In this document: piece after piece, positions 29,465 to 39,020 of the stretch
Position numbering within the stretch: the first letter of the stretch is position 1
How the letters are laid out: each line of letters opens with the position of its first letter
Source of the DNA: Ignavibacteriota bacterium
GTDB taxonomy: Bacteria > Bacteroidota > Ignavibacteria > UBA10030 > UBA6906
DNA length: 64,000 nucleotides
Assembly: GCA_963801355.1 (NCBI GenBank)
Contig: CAWDEM010000008.1
Coordinates: 2,560,001 to 2,624,000 of the forward strand
Reading direction: 5' to 3'
The notes under the pieces: generated by a model
Database searches by the model: none
The model's input: only the letters and a program-made list of their open reading frames with translations
Told to the model about the DNA's origin: nothing
Translations under genes and position numbers: made by a program

Positions 29465-30310
29465 TCAGTGGCGCAGCAGCGTTCCGGCAAATCGCTCAAG
29501 CCGTTCTGACGGAAGATCGGCGGCGATGACCATGAACGCATTCTTCTCACATGTCCGGATGTATTGCCATCCCGGGTTTCGCCGGGAAACGATGCGGCGT
29601 CCTAATGCCGAGGCTGACTCCGCGGAGGCGCAGAGAATCCACCCGATGGTGGCGGGGGATCCCTCGAGGTCCCACGGCACGATGGTGATCGATTGATACC
29701 CGTCGCCCTCCAGCGCGTCGGCCCAATCGGGGAATGCATTCTGCAGTCCCAGCGTGCCGTACACCAGCGCGGCCTTCCGCTGCCACACATGGACGTCGGG
29801 GCCGGAGGAAAACCAGGGAAGCACAACACTTCCTGAGGGGGGGAGGAGATCGAGGAATCGCAGTGCGACCGCCTTTGTGATGCCGTCCCCGGGGGATCCG
29901 CCCGTCAGCCTCTGCACACGGAGGAAGTAGCGTCCTGTCGCAGTGAGCACCTGACCCGGGGTATAACACCAGTACTGCCGGGAGGCGTCATCACCCGCAC
30001 AATCGCCGCGGAAGGCACTGAAAATGCCGAACGCCGCCAGTGAATCACGCATGCGGTAAAGCTCTGCAACCAGCTCGTGTCCCTCGATCTGCATTTCCTG
30101 CACCGTCTCATCCACAAAGCCGTACTCGCGGTAGAGTTCTGCGCCACCGTCGATGTAGCCGTACAGGGCTTTCCCGTCAAAATGGCCCGTCCGTGTGATC
30201 TCCAACCCGGGCAGGTCTCCGGACCGGAGTGATGGAGTATCGACGGTCTGGGCACTTGCACAGAATGTTCCGCAATACACGAGGAGAACACATCGAGGCA
30301 TCTTCATCAT
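29465..30310 (-). CDS. DUF6599-like exported protein
   Basis: LYGYIDGGAELYREYGF and ELYRM...AAFGIFS signature. Confidence 0.7.
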   Translation of the reverse strand: MMKMPRCVLLVYCGTFCASAQTVDTPSLRSGDLPGLEITRTGHFDGKALYGYIDGGAELYREYGFVDETVQEMQIEGHELVAELYRMRDSLAAFGIFSAFRGDCAGDDASRQYWCYTPGQVLTATGRYFLRVQRLTGGSPGDGITKAVALRFLDLLPPSGSVVLPWFSSGPDVHVWQRKAALVYGTLGLQNAFPDWADALEGDGYQSITIVPWDLEGSPATIGWILCASAESASALGRRIVSRRNPGWQYIRTCEKNAFMVIAADLPSERLERFAGTLLRH

Positions 30311-31482
30311 AGAGAAATCCGCTCCCGCGTGATTCTGGAGAGATCGGCAACCCCGAGATGCATTTCTTGAGCCAGATCCAGGAAACGCCGGCCTTTGGCG
30401 GATTCTTCCTTTTGAATCTTCTCGGCGAGCCTTTTCTTGAGGATGATGTCATAGCCGACCCGGTCAACGGCAACAGGATCGGTTCCCACGAGGAGAGTAT
30501 TGAAGTTGCAGATGTATTGCGGATCCGCCGCCGGTCCGCCCTGATAGCACCCACGAATGCCATCGACGATATTCAGCACGACCTTGTCACGCAGGGGCGG
30601 AAAGGCCGGCACCTCAGCGCATGTTTCCGCCCAGAGCTGCTTGTGCAACCGTCCGGTATTGGTGATCGCCCCGTACGCCAGGTTCTTGAGGCAGAGCGTG
30701 ACGGATGAGCCGGCATTTTTCAGAATGGGAACGTTGATGATACAATCAACATCCTTTGTGCAGATCCGGCTGAAATAGGAATACTTCCCTTCGTTGATCA
30801 TATACGGAAGAGTCTCCGCGTCGTATTTCTCTTCAACGTCAGCCCAGTAGTACCATTCCTTGTCGATCATTTTCTCTCCGTACTGGCGTCCCTCGGCATC
30901 GTAGAAGGATCCCTTGCCGTCTTTCTGCTCTGTACCGGCAAGCGTAATGCCGGGGAATGTTTCTGCGGTGAACCCCACCTCGGTCATCTCAAACGCGCGG
31001 CGATCCCAGAGAACGATATTCTTCCGAGGAATGCCTGCAGCTTCCAGTTGACGGATGATGACGTGTACGAGTTCCTGACTCGTGGAGAGAAGCTTCCCGG
31101 CGACGGGATTGATCTTGATGCCGACGACCTCGGCAGGCTTGACGAACACGCGCCAGGCGTCAGTGGCCGAAGAGGCTCCTGTCAGGGTGACCATGCCTTT
31201 CGCGAGCATCTTCTGCAGGAAATCGGCATCGATTGTTGCGCCGGCGATGGCTCTCTCATCGGAGAGTTCCACGACACGGCCGGGAAAAGCCCCGGGCATC
31301 GAGCGGGAGGTGCGGGGATAGCCGAGCGCGTCCTTCCCGTTCGTCGCGGGCTTCGCAACTGCTTCCTGTGCCATTGCAGGCCGTGAAGTCAGCGGAACCC
31401 ACGCCGCCGCGACACTTCCCAGTGCGGCAAGCTTCACAAAATCTCGTCTGCTCAGTTCAGTCGTTCCATCGCGACGGGTCAT
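30307..31482 (-). CDS. Tat-exported DUF362 domain protein
   Basis: SRRDFVK Tat signal, VGIKINP, IINVPILKN...VTLCLKN, DPVAVD. Confidence 0.85.
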   Translation of the reverse strand: MTRRDGTTELSRRDFVKLAALGSVAAAWVPLTSRPAMAQEAVAKPATNGKDALGYPRTSRSMPGAFPGRVVELSDERAIAGATIDADFLQKMLAKGMVTLTGASSATDAWRVFVKPAEVVGIKINPVAGKLLSTSQELVHVIIRQLEAAGIPRKNIVLWDRRAFEMTEVGFTAETFPGITLAGTEQKDGKGSFYDAEGRQYGEKMIDKEWYYWADVEEKYDAETLPYMINEGKYSYFSRICTKDVDCIINVPILKNAGSSVTLCLKNLAYGAITNTGRLHKQLWAETCAEVPAFPPLRDKVVLNIVDGIRGCYQGGPAADPQYICNFNTLLVGTDPVAVDRVGYDIILKKRLAEKIQKEESAKGRRFLDLAQEMHLGVADLSRITRERISL

Positions 31483-31618
31483 GGGTACACCTTTCGCTGT
31501 GAGATGTGAGAACCCGCGATTATCAGGTGTATTTTATGAAAGATTTTTCCTATACTCAAATGGCGGGGATGCATCTGAACACGTCCGGTCAACGGAGAAG
31601 TGACAACGAGAGAGAGCT

Positions 31619-32515
31619 ATGAAACGACGGGATTTCTTGCGGAGTGCCGGCGCCGGCGCGGTTGTAGGGACACTTTTCACCCACGGGTTTGATCCACTTT
31701 TTGCAGCCCCATCTCCTCATGCTGTGTGGGTGGAAAATGGTGAACCTGCCCAGCTCTTGACCGCGGCACTCAAGGAAATGGGAGGTGTAGGCACCTTCAT
31801 TTCACGGGGTGATGTGGTCGTGGTGAAACCTAATGTGGGTTGGGACCGTGCACCGCAGTTCGCGGCCACCACCAACCCTGATCTTGTCGCTGCCATCGTC
31901 CGGGAATGCATGAATGCAGGCGCAAAGACGGTAAAAGTGTTCGACCGCACCTGCAACAACCCTCTCCGCTGCTATACAAACTCTCAGATCGAGGAGAAAG
32001 CGAAATCTGCTGGCGCGGATGTGACACATATCCGGGAAAACCGGTTCGTCACCAAGGCGATCAACGGCGAAACCATCAAGGAATGGCCGGTCTACAAAGA
32101 CTACCTCGAAGCGGACAAAGTGATCAATGTACCGATCGCCAAGCACCACAGCCTTTGCCGTGTGACTCTGGGCATGAAGAATCTCATGGGTGTGATGGGC
32201 GGCAACAGAGGCGATATCCATAACGGGTTCACACGGAAAATTGTGGATATCGACAGAGCGATTCTTCCGACATTGACCATCATTGATGCGTACCGCATTC
32301 TCACGGCCAACGGTCCTGTCGGCGGCAACCTCGCCCACGTGAAAACCCCCCGCACGCTGATCATGAGCCCCTGCCTGGTGACCGCCGATTACCTCGCGCT
32401 TGACCTCTTCGGACTCAAAGTGGATGAAGTCGACGTGGTCGCCGATGCCTTGAAGCACGGGCTGAACAAGTTCGACGTGAAGGCCCTGAACGTCAAACGT
32501 CTGCGGCTGTCGTGA
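31619..32515 (+). CDS. Tat-exported DUF362 domain protein
   Basis: KRRDFLR Tat signal, VVVKPNVGWDR, FDRTCN, INVPIAKHH...TLGMKNLMG. Confidence 0.9.
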   Translation: MKRRDFLRSAGAGAVVGTLFTHGFDPLFAAPSPHAVWVENGEPAQLLTAALKEMGGVGTFISRGDVVVVKPNVGWDRAPQFAATTNPDLVAAIVRECMNAGAKTVKVFDRTCNNPLRCYTNSQIEEKAKSAGADVTHIRENRFVTKAINGETIKEWPVYKDYLEADKVINVPIAKHHSLCRVTLGMKNLMGVMGGNRGDIHNGFTRKIVDIDRAILPTLTIIDAYRILTANGPVGGNLAHVKTPRTLIMSPCLVTADYLALDLFGLKVDEVDVVADALKHGLNKFDVKALNVKRLRLS

Positions 32516-34101
32516 CCATGGAGAAGCTGCGGCGGGTTGTGCAGGTCGTATTCCTGGCGTTCTTCGTCGTTCTCTTCCTGATCGCACGGTATCCCTATTC
32601 AGGAAATGTGGAGGCGGACCTCTTTCTGCGGTTCAGCCCGCTCATCCCGCTGTTCCATTTTCTCCAGGATTTCTCCGTCTCCCTGGTGCTCTGGCCGGCG
32701 CTGATCATTCTCATCGCGACCCCCTTTCTCGGACGCTTCTTCTGCGGTTGGATCTGCCCATTGGGAACCACCATCGATGCGGCAAGCAGGTTGATCACAT
32801 CTCCTTCGAACCGGGTCGCGGAGAGGTGGGAAAAGCTGAGGTTTCTGAAGTTCGCTCTTCTGGTTGCGTGTCTCCTTCTGGCGCTTTTCTCTGTGCATGT
32901 CTGGGGGTATCTCGATCCTCTGTCGATTTTCAATCGGGCGCTGACGGTGGTATTCTATCCCCTCGGGACGCTTTTTGCGGATCAAACAATGCTTGCGGCA
33001 ACGAAGGTCGGGATTCTCGACACACCTGTGTCCTTCCTCTACGATCTGTTCAAGACACACATCATGCCGGAGATGCAGGCCCATTCGCAGCAGCTTTTCT
33101 GGATCGCGTTGTTTGTCGGCGCCATTCTCGGGGCGGAGAAGGTGTCACGGCGGTTCTGGTGCAGGAACATCTGCCCCGCCGGTGCGTGGCTCGGATTTCT
33201 CTCGCAGTTCCGGATGTTCGAACGCATCGTCGGCGAAGCATGCCCGGTCTGCAATAAATGCCAGACCGAGTGCAAGATGAATGCAATCCCCCGCGGCGAT
33301 GTGAAGCACACCAGCAAGGTCGAGTGCATCGACTGCTTCAATTGCGGTGCCGTCTGTCCGCCAAAAGTCAATGCCATCACTTATCGCTGGCGGTGGAAGC
33401 CCTATCACACATCCGTGGATTTCACGCGGCGGCAATTTGTGCGTACCACGGCGGGAAGTGCGGTCGCACTCGGACTGTTGAGCGTGGGATTGACCAACCG
33501 GGATGCGAAGGAACGACAGATCAGGCCACCAGGCGCGCTGCCGGAAGACTTGTTTGCCGACAAGTGCATCCGTTGCCAGGAGTGCGTGCGCATCTGTGCG
33601 TCCAATGGCGGGTGCCTGCAGCCGGACGGCATCCGGACAACCGTGCTCGATCTCTGGCTGCCTGCTGCTGTAATGCGGGAGGGGTACTGCGAATTCAACT
33701 GCAATCTGTGCGGTCTGGTCTGTCCGACCGATGCGATCGTGCCCATGGCGCTCGAAACAAAGCAACATACCCCGATCGGTCTGGCGCACTTCGACAAAGA
33801 TCTCTGCATACCCTACGCGCAGAACTCAGACTGCATCGTGTGTGAAGAGCACTGCCCGACAGCGGACAAAGCCATCAAATTTGAAAAGAAGCCGGTGACC
33901 CTCCGCGACGGCGGCACACGGATCGTCAAGTATCCGTATGTCATACGGGACCTGTGCATCGGTTGCGGCATCTGTGAAACAAAATGTCCGCTCCCGGGGC
34001 ACGCGGGGATTTTTGTCACCACAGAAAACCAGCGCCGCTCGGGTGCTCCTGCAACTCCTACGCCCCAGCCGGCCCCCTCCGAGACGTCACCATATGGGTG
34101 A
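32512..34101 (+). CDS. Membrane polyferredoxin (NapH/MauN-like fused to MauM/NapG-like domain)
   Basis: GRFFCGWICPLG and RFWCRNICPAG motifs, several CxxCxxCxxxCP clusters, internal TRRQFV twin-arginine motif, IRPPGA. Confidence 0.9.
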   Translation: MTMEKLRRVVQVVFLAFFVVLFLIARYPYSGNVEADLFLRFSPLIPLFHFLQDFSVSLVLWPALIILIATPFLGRFFCGWICPLGTTIDAASRLITSPSNRVAERWEKLRFLKFALLVACLLLALFSVHVWGYLDPLSIFNRALTVVFYPLGTLFADQTMLAATKVGILDTPVSFLYDLFKTHIMPEMQAHSQQLFWIALFVGAILGAEKVSRRFWCRNICPAGAWLGFLSQFRMFERIVGEACPVCNKCQTECKMNAIPRGDVKHTSKVECIDCFNCGAVCPPKVNAITYRWRWKPYHTSVDFTRRQFVRTTAGSAVALGLLSVGLTNRDAKERQIRPPGALPEDLFADKCIRCQECVRICASNGGCLQPDGIRTTVLDLWLPAAVMREGYCEFNCNLCGLVCPTDAIVPMALETKQHTPIGLAHFDKDLCIPYAQNSDCIVCEEHCPTADKAIKFEKKPVTLRDGGTRIVKYPYVIRDLCIGCGICETKCPLPGHAGIFVTTENQRRSGAPATPTPQPAPSETSPYG

Positions 34102-34133
34102 GCAGCGGGATTTCTGTTCCCAACCGTCAAATC

Positions 34134-35600
34134 TTACTTGTGCTTTTCCTCCCACGCCAGATTCCAGTCCCACTTGTTGAAATAGAGGTTTCCTCCCCTC
34201 CATTCCACTTCACCCCGCTGCAGGTCCACCGTCTCCGACCGAGGAAAGACCTTTGCCGGATAGAAGGGCTGCGAGAAGGCATCGTTGAATATCAACCGGT
34301 AACTGTCCATTCCGTTCACATAGAAAAACCGCATCGCATCGTTTGTTGTCTCCCGCATCCCGTACGTCACATCCATCGGTACCCAGCCATACGGTTCGAA
34401 GTAGACCATCCCCCAGTCATGCATGCTCTGGCCGGGTGGACGGAATTCCCAACCGGATTGCCACCGGGCAGGAACGCCGTTCAAACGGCAGAGCGTGACA
34501 AACAGCAATGTCTGCATCCCGCAATCCCCATGACGATTCTCGTACGCGTACATGCTGAGATTGGGCACCGTGGAATACTCGCGCGTCAACGCCCATGTAA
34601 CGCTCGTGTCCACCCACGCAAACAACTTCCGCGCAACCAGGACCGGGTTTGATTCCTCCCCCACTATCTCCTTTGACAGCTTCTTCAACTCAGGAGTGAA
34701 CACGATGTGCGGCGGCTCTTCACGGATGAAGGGCGCAAGGTCAGCGGTGACCCGCATCGCCTTCACGCGCGCCGGATCAACGGGAACGTAGACACCATGC
34801 GATGTATATTCGTATTCGACGCTGAATGTGGTCCTGGCGCTGCCCGCAGACGGTTTTTCGAAGTAGATGGTCCGCTGCAGAAACGCGTTGTTGTCGGCAA
34901 CGATGGAGCGGGGAGGATCAGTGGAAAGCACGCGTATGTCCCCCTGGCGGCCGGCAATGTCTCGCGGAAAAGGAAGCCAGCAACGGATCGTCTCTCCTTC
35001 GGGCACTTCCCCGCCATCCACGGTGATGCTCTGCTTCACGCGAAGGCGCACAGGCTTGACGTATGGTTTCCCGGATTTGACGGCGGCTTTCATGACAAGG
35101 ACTATGTGGGCATCAAGTCCGGATTCACTCGCGAGCCCCGTGTCGGCGGGATCGTTCTTGTGTTGCTCCTTCCATACCTGCCGCGCGCGTGGATCGAGCC
35201 GGAAGAGATTTCTTGCCGCACTGTTGAAGTACCACCTCTGTCCGTCGATGGTCATTGACTCCAGCGCATGTGATGCCTCGAAACGGGCATAGTCTTCCGG
35301 AGTAAGGGATGGTAAGCGGGCTCCGATATACTTTTTGACTTCCTGTTCGGTCTGGCGGAAGTCCAGCCGGATGCGGTTCATCCGTTCGGTCTCAAATTCC
35401 CACTGCAGGCGCTGCGACGGCGTCAGCGCAGTGTCCCGCTGGAGCATCTCTGCGATTGCACTCTGTGCCCTGGCAAAATCCCCCCCGGCAATCCATTGGC
35501 GAATCTGCTGTTCGCCCGGAGGAGCGCACGAAGACGCAGGAGGAATCGATACAGAGAGCGCCACGACGAGCACAAGAAGAATGCGTCTGCGGGATCGCAT
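34134..35600 (-). CDS. Exported transglutaminase-like (cysteine protease fold) protein
   Basis: Intact triad HGDCG / HDWG / GWVPMD; signal peptide from MRSRRR (35600). Confidence 0.85.
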   Translation of the reverse strand: MRSRRRILLVLVVALSVSIPPASSCAPPGEQQIRQWIAGGDFARAQSAIAEMLQRDTALTPSQRLQWEFETERMNRIRLDFRQTEQEVKKYIGARLPSLTPEDYARFEASHALESMTIDGQRWYFNSAARNLFRLDPRARQVWKEQHKNDPADTGLASESGLDAHIVLVMKAAVKSGKPYVKPVRLRVKQSITVDGGEVPEGETIRCWLPFPRDIAGRQGDIRVLSTDPPRSIVADNNAFLQRTIYFEKPSAGSARTTFSVEYEYTSHGVYVPVDPARVKAMRVTADLAPFIREEPPHIVFTPELKKLSKEIVGEESNPVLVARKLFAWVDTSVTWALTREYSTVPNLSMYAYENRHGDCGMQTLLFVTLCRLNGVPARWQSGWEFRPPGQSMHDWGMVYFEPYGWVPMDVTYGMRETTNDAMRFFYVNGMDSYRLIFNDAFSQPFYPAKVFPRSETVDLQRGEVEWRGGNLYFNKWDWNLAWEEKHK

Positions 35601-35694
35601 GAGTTGTCCTTTGCCTGTGAAATGGTCACATAATATAGAGCACTGCCGAGGAACCTGCAAGCCGGGGAACGAGGCGAAATACTTTCTGCCGCCC

Positions 35695-35723
35695 TTGACA
35701 AATGTTCTCTGATTTCGTATAGT
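35695..35723 (+). promoter_or_regulatory. sigma70 promoter of trpL-trpB2
   Basis: TTGACA-N17-TATAGT. Confidence 0.85.
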
Positions 35724-35741
35724 AAGCAGAGAGAATCGGTC

Positions 35742-35810
35742 ATGCAATCGACACGTCATATGCAGCAGGCTTGGTGGTGGCGCCGCCCGACGGTGTCCCC
35801 GCCCTATTGA
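35742..35810 (+). CDS. trpL: Tryptophan attenuator leader peptide (MQSTRHMQQAWWWRRPTVSPPY)
   Basis: 22-aa ORF with TGG TGG TGG between the promoter and a terminator, upstream of a tryptophan synthase beta gene. Confidence 0.9.
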   Translation: MQSTRHMQQAWWWRRPTVSPPY

Positions 35811-35829
35811 CCGTAGAGAGTATCGTCAC

Positions 35830-35866
35830 AAGGTGGGAACGCCACGCGGAGTTCCCACCTTTTTTT
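35830..35866 (+). terminator. Attenuator intrinsic terminator
   Basis: AAGGTGGGAAC-N10-GTTCCCACCTT running into a T-tract. Confidence 0.9.
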
Positions 35867-35954
35867 GTGCCCTTCCGGACAGAAACCGTGGACTCCAGTC
35901 GCGGCTGACCCCCTCCCAAAGTCAGCATTACGTCCAACTAACTGGAGCCACTCC

Positions 35955-37319
35955 ATGCAGCAGAAAATTCTTCTCGAAGAGCGGGAGATGCCGACGGCGT
36001 ATTACAACATTGTGCCGGATCTCCCCGAACCGATGGCACCGCCGCTCCATCCGGGCACAGGCAAGCCCATCGGTCCCCAGGACCTCGCAGCCATTTTCCC
36101 GATGGAGTTGATCAAACAGGAGGTCAGTCAGGACCGCTCCATCGAGATCCCCGAGGAAGTTCAACGCATCTACAGACTTTACCGCCCCACGCCCCTGATG
36201 CGGGCATTTGCGCTCGAGAAATTGCTGGACACGCCGGCCGAAATTTACTACAAGTACGAAGGTGTGAGCCCTTCGGGCAGTCACAAACCCAACACGGCGA
36301 TCCCGCAAGCCTACTACAACAAACAGGCCGGGATCAAGCGGCTCGCCACGGAAACCGGCGCCGGCCAATGGGGAAGTTCTCTTGCCTTTGCATGCAAATT
36401 GTTCGGCCTGGAGTGCAAGGTGTACATGGTGAAAGTGAGCTATCACCAGAAACCGTACCGCCGTTCACTCATTCACGCCTGGGGTGGTGAGGTCGTGTCG
36501 AGCCCGAGCAGCGACACCGCGGCAGGCCGCGCCGTACTTGCCGCGCACCCGGACTCCCCGGGCAGTCTCGGCATCGCCATAAGCGAGGCGGTGGAAGATG
36601 CGGCAGGCCGGGAGGACACCAACTATTCACTCGGCAGCGTATTGAACCATGTGCTGCTCCATCAAACAGTGATAGGTCTCGAGGCAATGAAGCAGCTCGA
36701 GAAGGTGGACCGTTTCCCGGATATCGTCATCGGGTGTGTCGGGGGCGGTTCAAATTTCGGCGGCATTGCCCTCCCCTTCATCCGGGAGAAGATCAAGGGA
36801 AAGAGCCTTCGCGCCATCGCAGTGGAACCCGCGTCATGCCCGACTCTGACACGCGGCGAGTACCGCTACGATTTCGGCGATATCGCCAAGATGACGCCGC
36901 TTCTGCCGATGTACACGCTCGGCCATACCTTTGTCCCTCCGTCAATCCATGCGGGTGGGCTCCGGTACCACGGCATGGCGCCGATACTGAGCCGGCTGCT
37001 GAAAAGCAGTTTGATTGAAGCGCGCGCATATATGCAGAATGAAATTTTCCAGGCTGCGGTGCTCTTCACACAGAACGAAGGAATCATTCCGGCGCCGGAA
37101 TCCGCGCATGCCATCAAGGCAGCCATCGATGAAGCTCTCCTTGCCCGCAAGGAAGGAAGGAAGAAGGTGATCCTCTTCAACCTGAGCGGACACGGACACT
37201 TCGACATGGGTGCCTACGATGCCTATTTCGCAGGGCGCCTCGAAAATCATGAGATGCAGCCCGGCGATATCTCGGTGGCATTGGAGGATCTCAAAGGCCT
37301 GCCGGCACTGCCGCAATAG
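35955..37319 (+). CDS. trpB2: Tryptophan synthase beta chain type 2 (TrpB2)
   Basis: [55 protein letters not shown]; GGAG RBS before the ATG at 35955. Confidence 0.95.
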   Translation: MQQKILLEEREMPTAYYNIVPDLPEPMAPPLHPGTGKPIGPQDLAAIFPMELIKQEVSQDRSIEIPEEVQRIYRLYRPTPLMRAFALEKLLDTPAEIYYKYEGVSPSGSHKPNTAIPQAYYNKQAGIKRLATETGAGQWGSSLAFACKLFGLECKVYMVKVSYHQKPYRRSLIHAWGGEVVSSPSSDTAAGRAVLAAHPDSPGSLGIAISEAVEDAAGREDTNYSLGSVLNHVLLHQTVIGLEAMKQLEKVDRFPDIVIGCVGGGSNFGGIALPFIREKIKGKSLRAIAVEPASCPTLTRGEYRYDFGDIAKMTPLLPMYTLGHTFVPPSIHAGGLRYHGMAPILSRLLKSSLIEARAYMQNEIFQAAVLFTQNEGIIPAPESAHAIKAAIDEALLARKEGRKKVILFNLSGHGHFDMGAYDAYFAGRLENHEMQPGDISVALEDLKGLPALPQ

Positions 37320-37326
37320 CACTCGT

Positions 37327-37355
37327 CTCCCGGGCCGCCGCGAGCGGCCCGGGAG
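37327..37355 (+). terminator. GC-rich hairpin after trpB2 (possible terminator or stabiliser)
   Basis: CTCCCGGGCCGC-N5-GCGGCCCGGGAG 12-bp stem; no U-tract. Confidence 0.45.
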
Positions 37356-37463
37356 GCTCTCTGCAACCCTCCGCCGTTCCTTCCGTATGCAGAATGGTGG
37401 ACCGGGAGATCCTCTCCGTCACTCTCCCCACCTCCCTTTGTCTCACGGAACTCCGGGCATTTC

Positions 37464-39017
37464 ATGACACTTGCTACAGCGATCCGCAAGTCCTGGGACG
37501 ACGGCGCAGCCGCGCCGTTCGTGATCGCAATCCTCTTCCTGGGCCTTCACTTCTACACGAATGCCTTCGCCGGCTACGGATACTTCAGGGACGAACTCTA
37601 CTATCTGGCATGCACCGAGCACCTCGATATGGGGTACGTTGACCAGCCTCCCCTCTCAATCTATGTTCTCGCCGTGAGCAGATGGGTGTTCGGCGATTCC
37701 CCGTTCGCTCTCCGCCTGATCCCGGCACTCGCCGGAGCGATGCTTATTCTCCTGGCGGGATTCATGGCCAATCAGATGGGAGGCAGCAGGACTGCCGCGC
37801 TGCTCGCAGCGATGGGGACGGCGGCTGCGCCGATCATGAACGGCATGACGGGGATCTACTCCATGAATCCCCTGGATCTCCTCGCTTGGTCGCTCGTCGC
37901 CTGTGCGACAATCCGTCTTCTGCGAACTGAATCTCCCCGTTGCTGGCTGCTTCTCGGGACGGCACTCGGGGTGGGTGCGCTCAATAAAATCGGGATCCTC
38001 TGGTGGGGAGCCGGCATCGTCGTAGGACTGCTGCTCACTCCGTCGCGAAAATGGTTCACCACACGTTGGCCGTATATCGCCGGAGGAATTGCTCTGCTGT
38101 GCTTCTTGCCCTATGCCATCTGGAACGCAACGCATGACTTTGCTCATCTTGAATTCATGCGGAATGCGCTTTCGGGAAAGTACAGCGGACTGACCCCGCT
38201 GGCATTTCTCGGTGGTCAGATCCTCTTGCAGAATCCGTTCGCGCTGCCGCTGTGGCTGACCGGCATCGCCGGGCTGATGTTCTGGGCACCGCTCCATAAA
38301 TATCGCGCACTCGGGGTTGCGTACCTGGTCGTCTTCGCAATACTCATATTCAACTGGCACAGTAAGGCGGAGTACCTCGCGGCAGCGTACCCGATGCTCT
38401 TCGCCGCGGGGGGGATCGGGCTGGAGAAGTTCTTTGTACATCCTCCCAGGCGCTGGATGGTACCGGTGTATGCGGGACTGCTGGCGGTGAGCGGGCTCGT
38501 GTTCGTTCCGTTCGCCATTCCCATTCTTCCCGTTGAGACGTATATCGCCTATGCCGAACGGATGGGCATCGGGCCGTCAACCGCCGAGACTCATCAACTC
38601 GGACCGTTGCCGCAATTCTACGCAGACATGTTCGGCTGGCCCGAGAAGGCAGCAGCGGTCGCGGCGGCATTCCACCGTCTCGCTCCGGAAGAGCAGGCAC
38701 GGTGCGCCATCTTCGCAGACAACTATGGACGATGCGGCGCTCTGGACTTCTTCGGACGCCACTACGGCCTTCCCCGGTCGATCGGCGTGCACAACTCCTA
38801 CTGGCTGTGGGGACCCGGCGAATATACCGGTGAGCTGGTACTGATCCTGGGAGGAGATCTGCAGGGAAAACAGAAGGATTTCTCTCGCGTGGAGATCGTC
38901 GGCACCGTGAGTACCAAGTATTGCATGCCGTACGAGGACAACCTGAACATCTACCTCTGCCGCGGCCTGCACACCCCCCTCAAGCAGGCCTGGAAGAAAT
39001 GCAAGAGCTTCGGATAG
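37464..39017 (+). CDS. GT-C glycosyltransferase (family 39 / ArnT-PMT-like)
   Basis: YFRDELYY, GYVDQPPL, multiple TM helices, NYGRCGALD, HNSYWLWGP. Confidence 0.85.
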   Translation: MTLATAIRKSWDDGAAAPFVIAILFLGLHFYTNAFAGYGYFRDELYYLACTEHLDMGYVDQPPLSIYVLAVSRWVFGDSPFALRLIPALAGAMLILLAGFMANQMGGSRTAALLAAMGTAAAPIMNGMTGIYSMNPLDLLAWSLVACATIRLLRTESPRCWLLLGTALGVGALNKIGILWWGAGIVVGLLLTPSRKWFTTRWPYIAGGIALLCFLPYAIWNATHDFAHLEFMRNALSGKYSGLTPLAFLGGQILLQNPFALPLWLTGIAGLMFWAPLHKYRALGVAYLVVFAILIFNWHSKAEYLAAAYPMLFAAGGIGLEKFFVHPPRRWMVPVYAGLLAVSGLVFVPFAIPILPVETYIAYAERMGIGPSTAETHQLGPLPQFYADMFGWPEKAAAVAAAFHRLAPEEQARCAIFADNYGRCGALDFFGRHYGLPRSIGVHNSYWLWGPGEYTGELVLILGGDLQGKQKDFSRVEIVGTVSTKYCMPYEDNLNIYLCRGLHTPLKQAWKKCKSFG

Positions 39018-39020
39018 GGA

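Noticed and set aside
35865-35954. N-terminal extension of TrpB2 in the ORF track
   Set aside because: It begins in the terminator U-tract; the ATG at 35955 has an RBS and matches the family start
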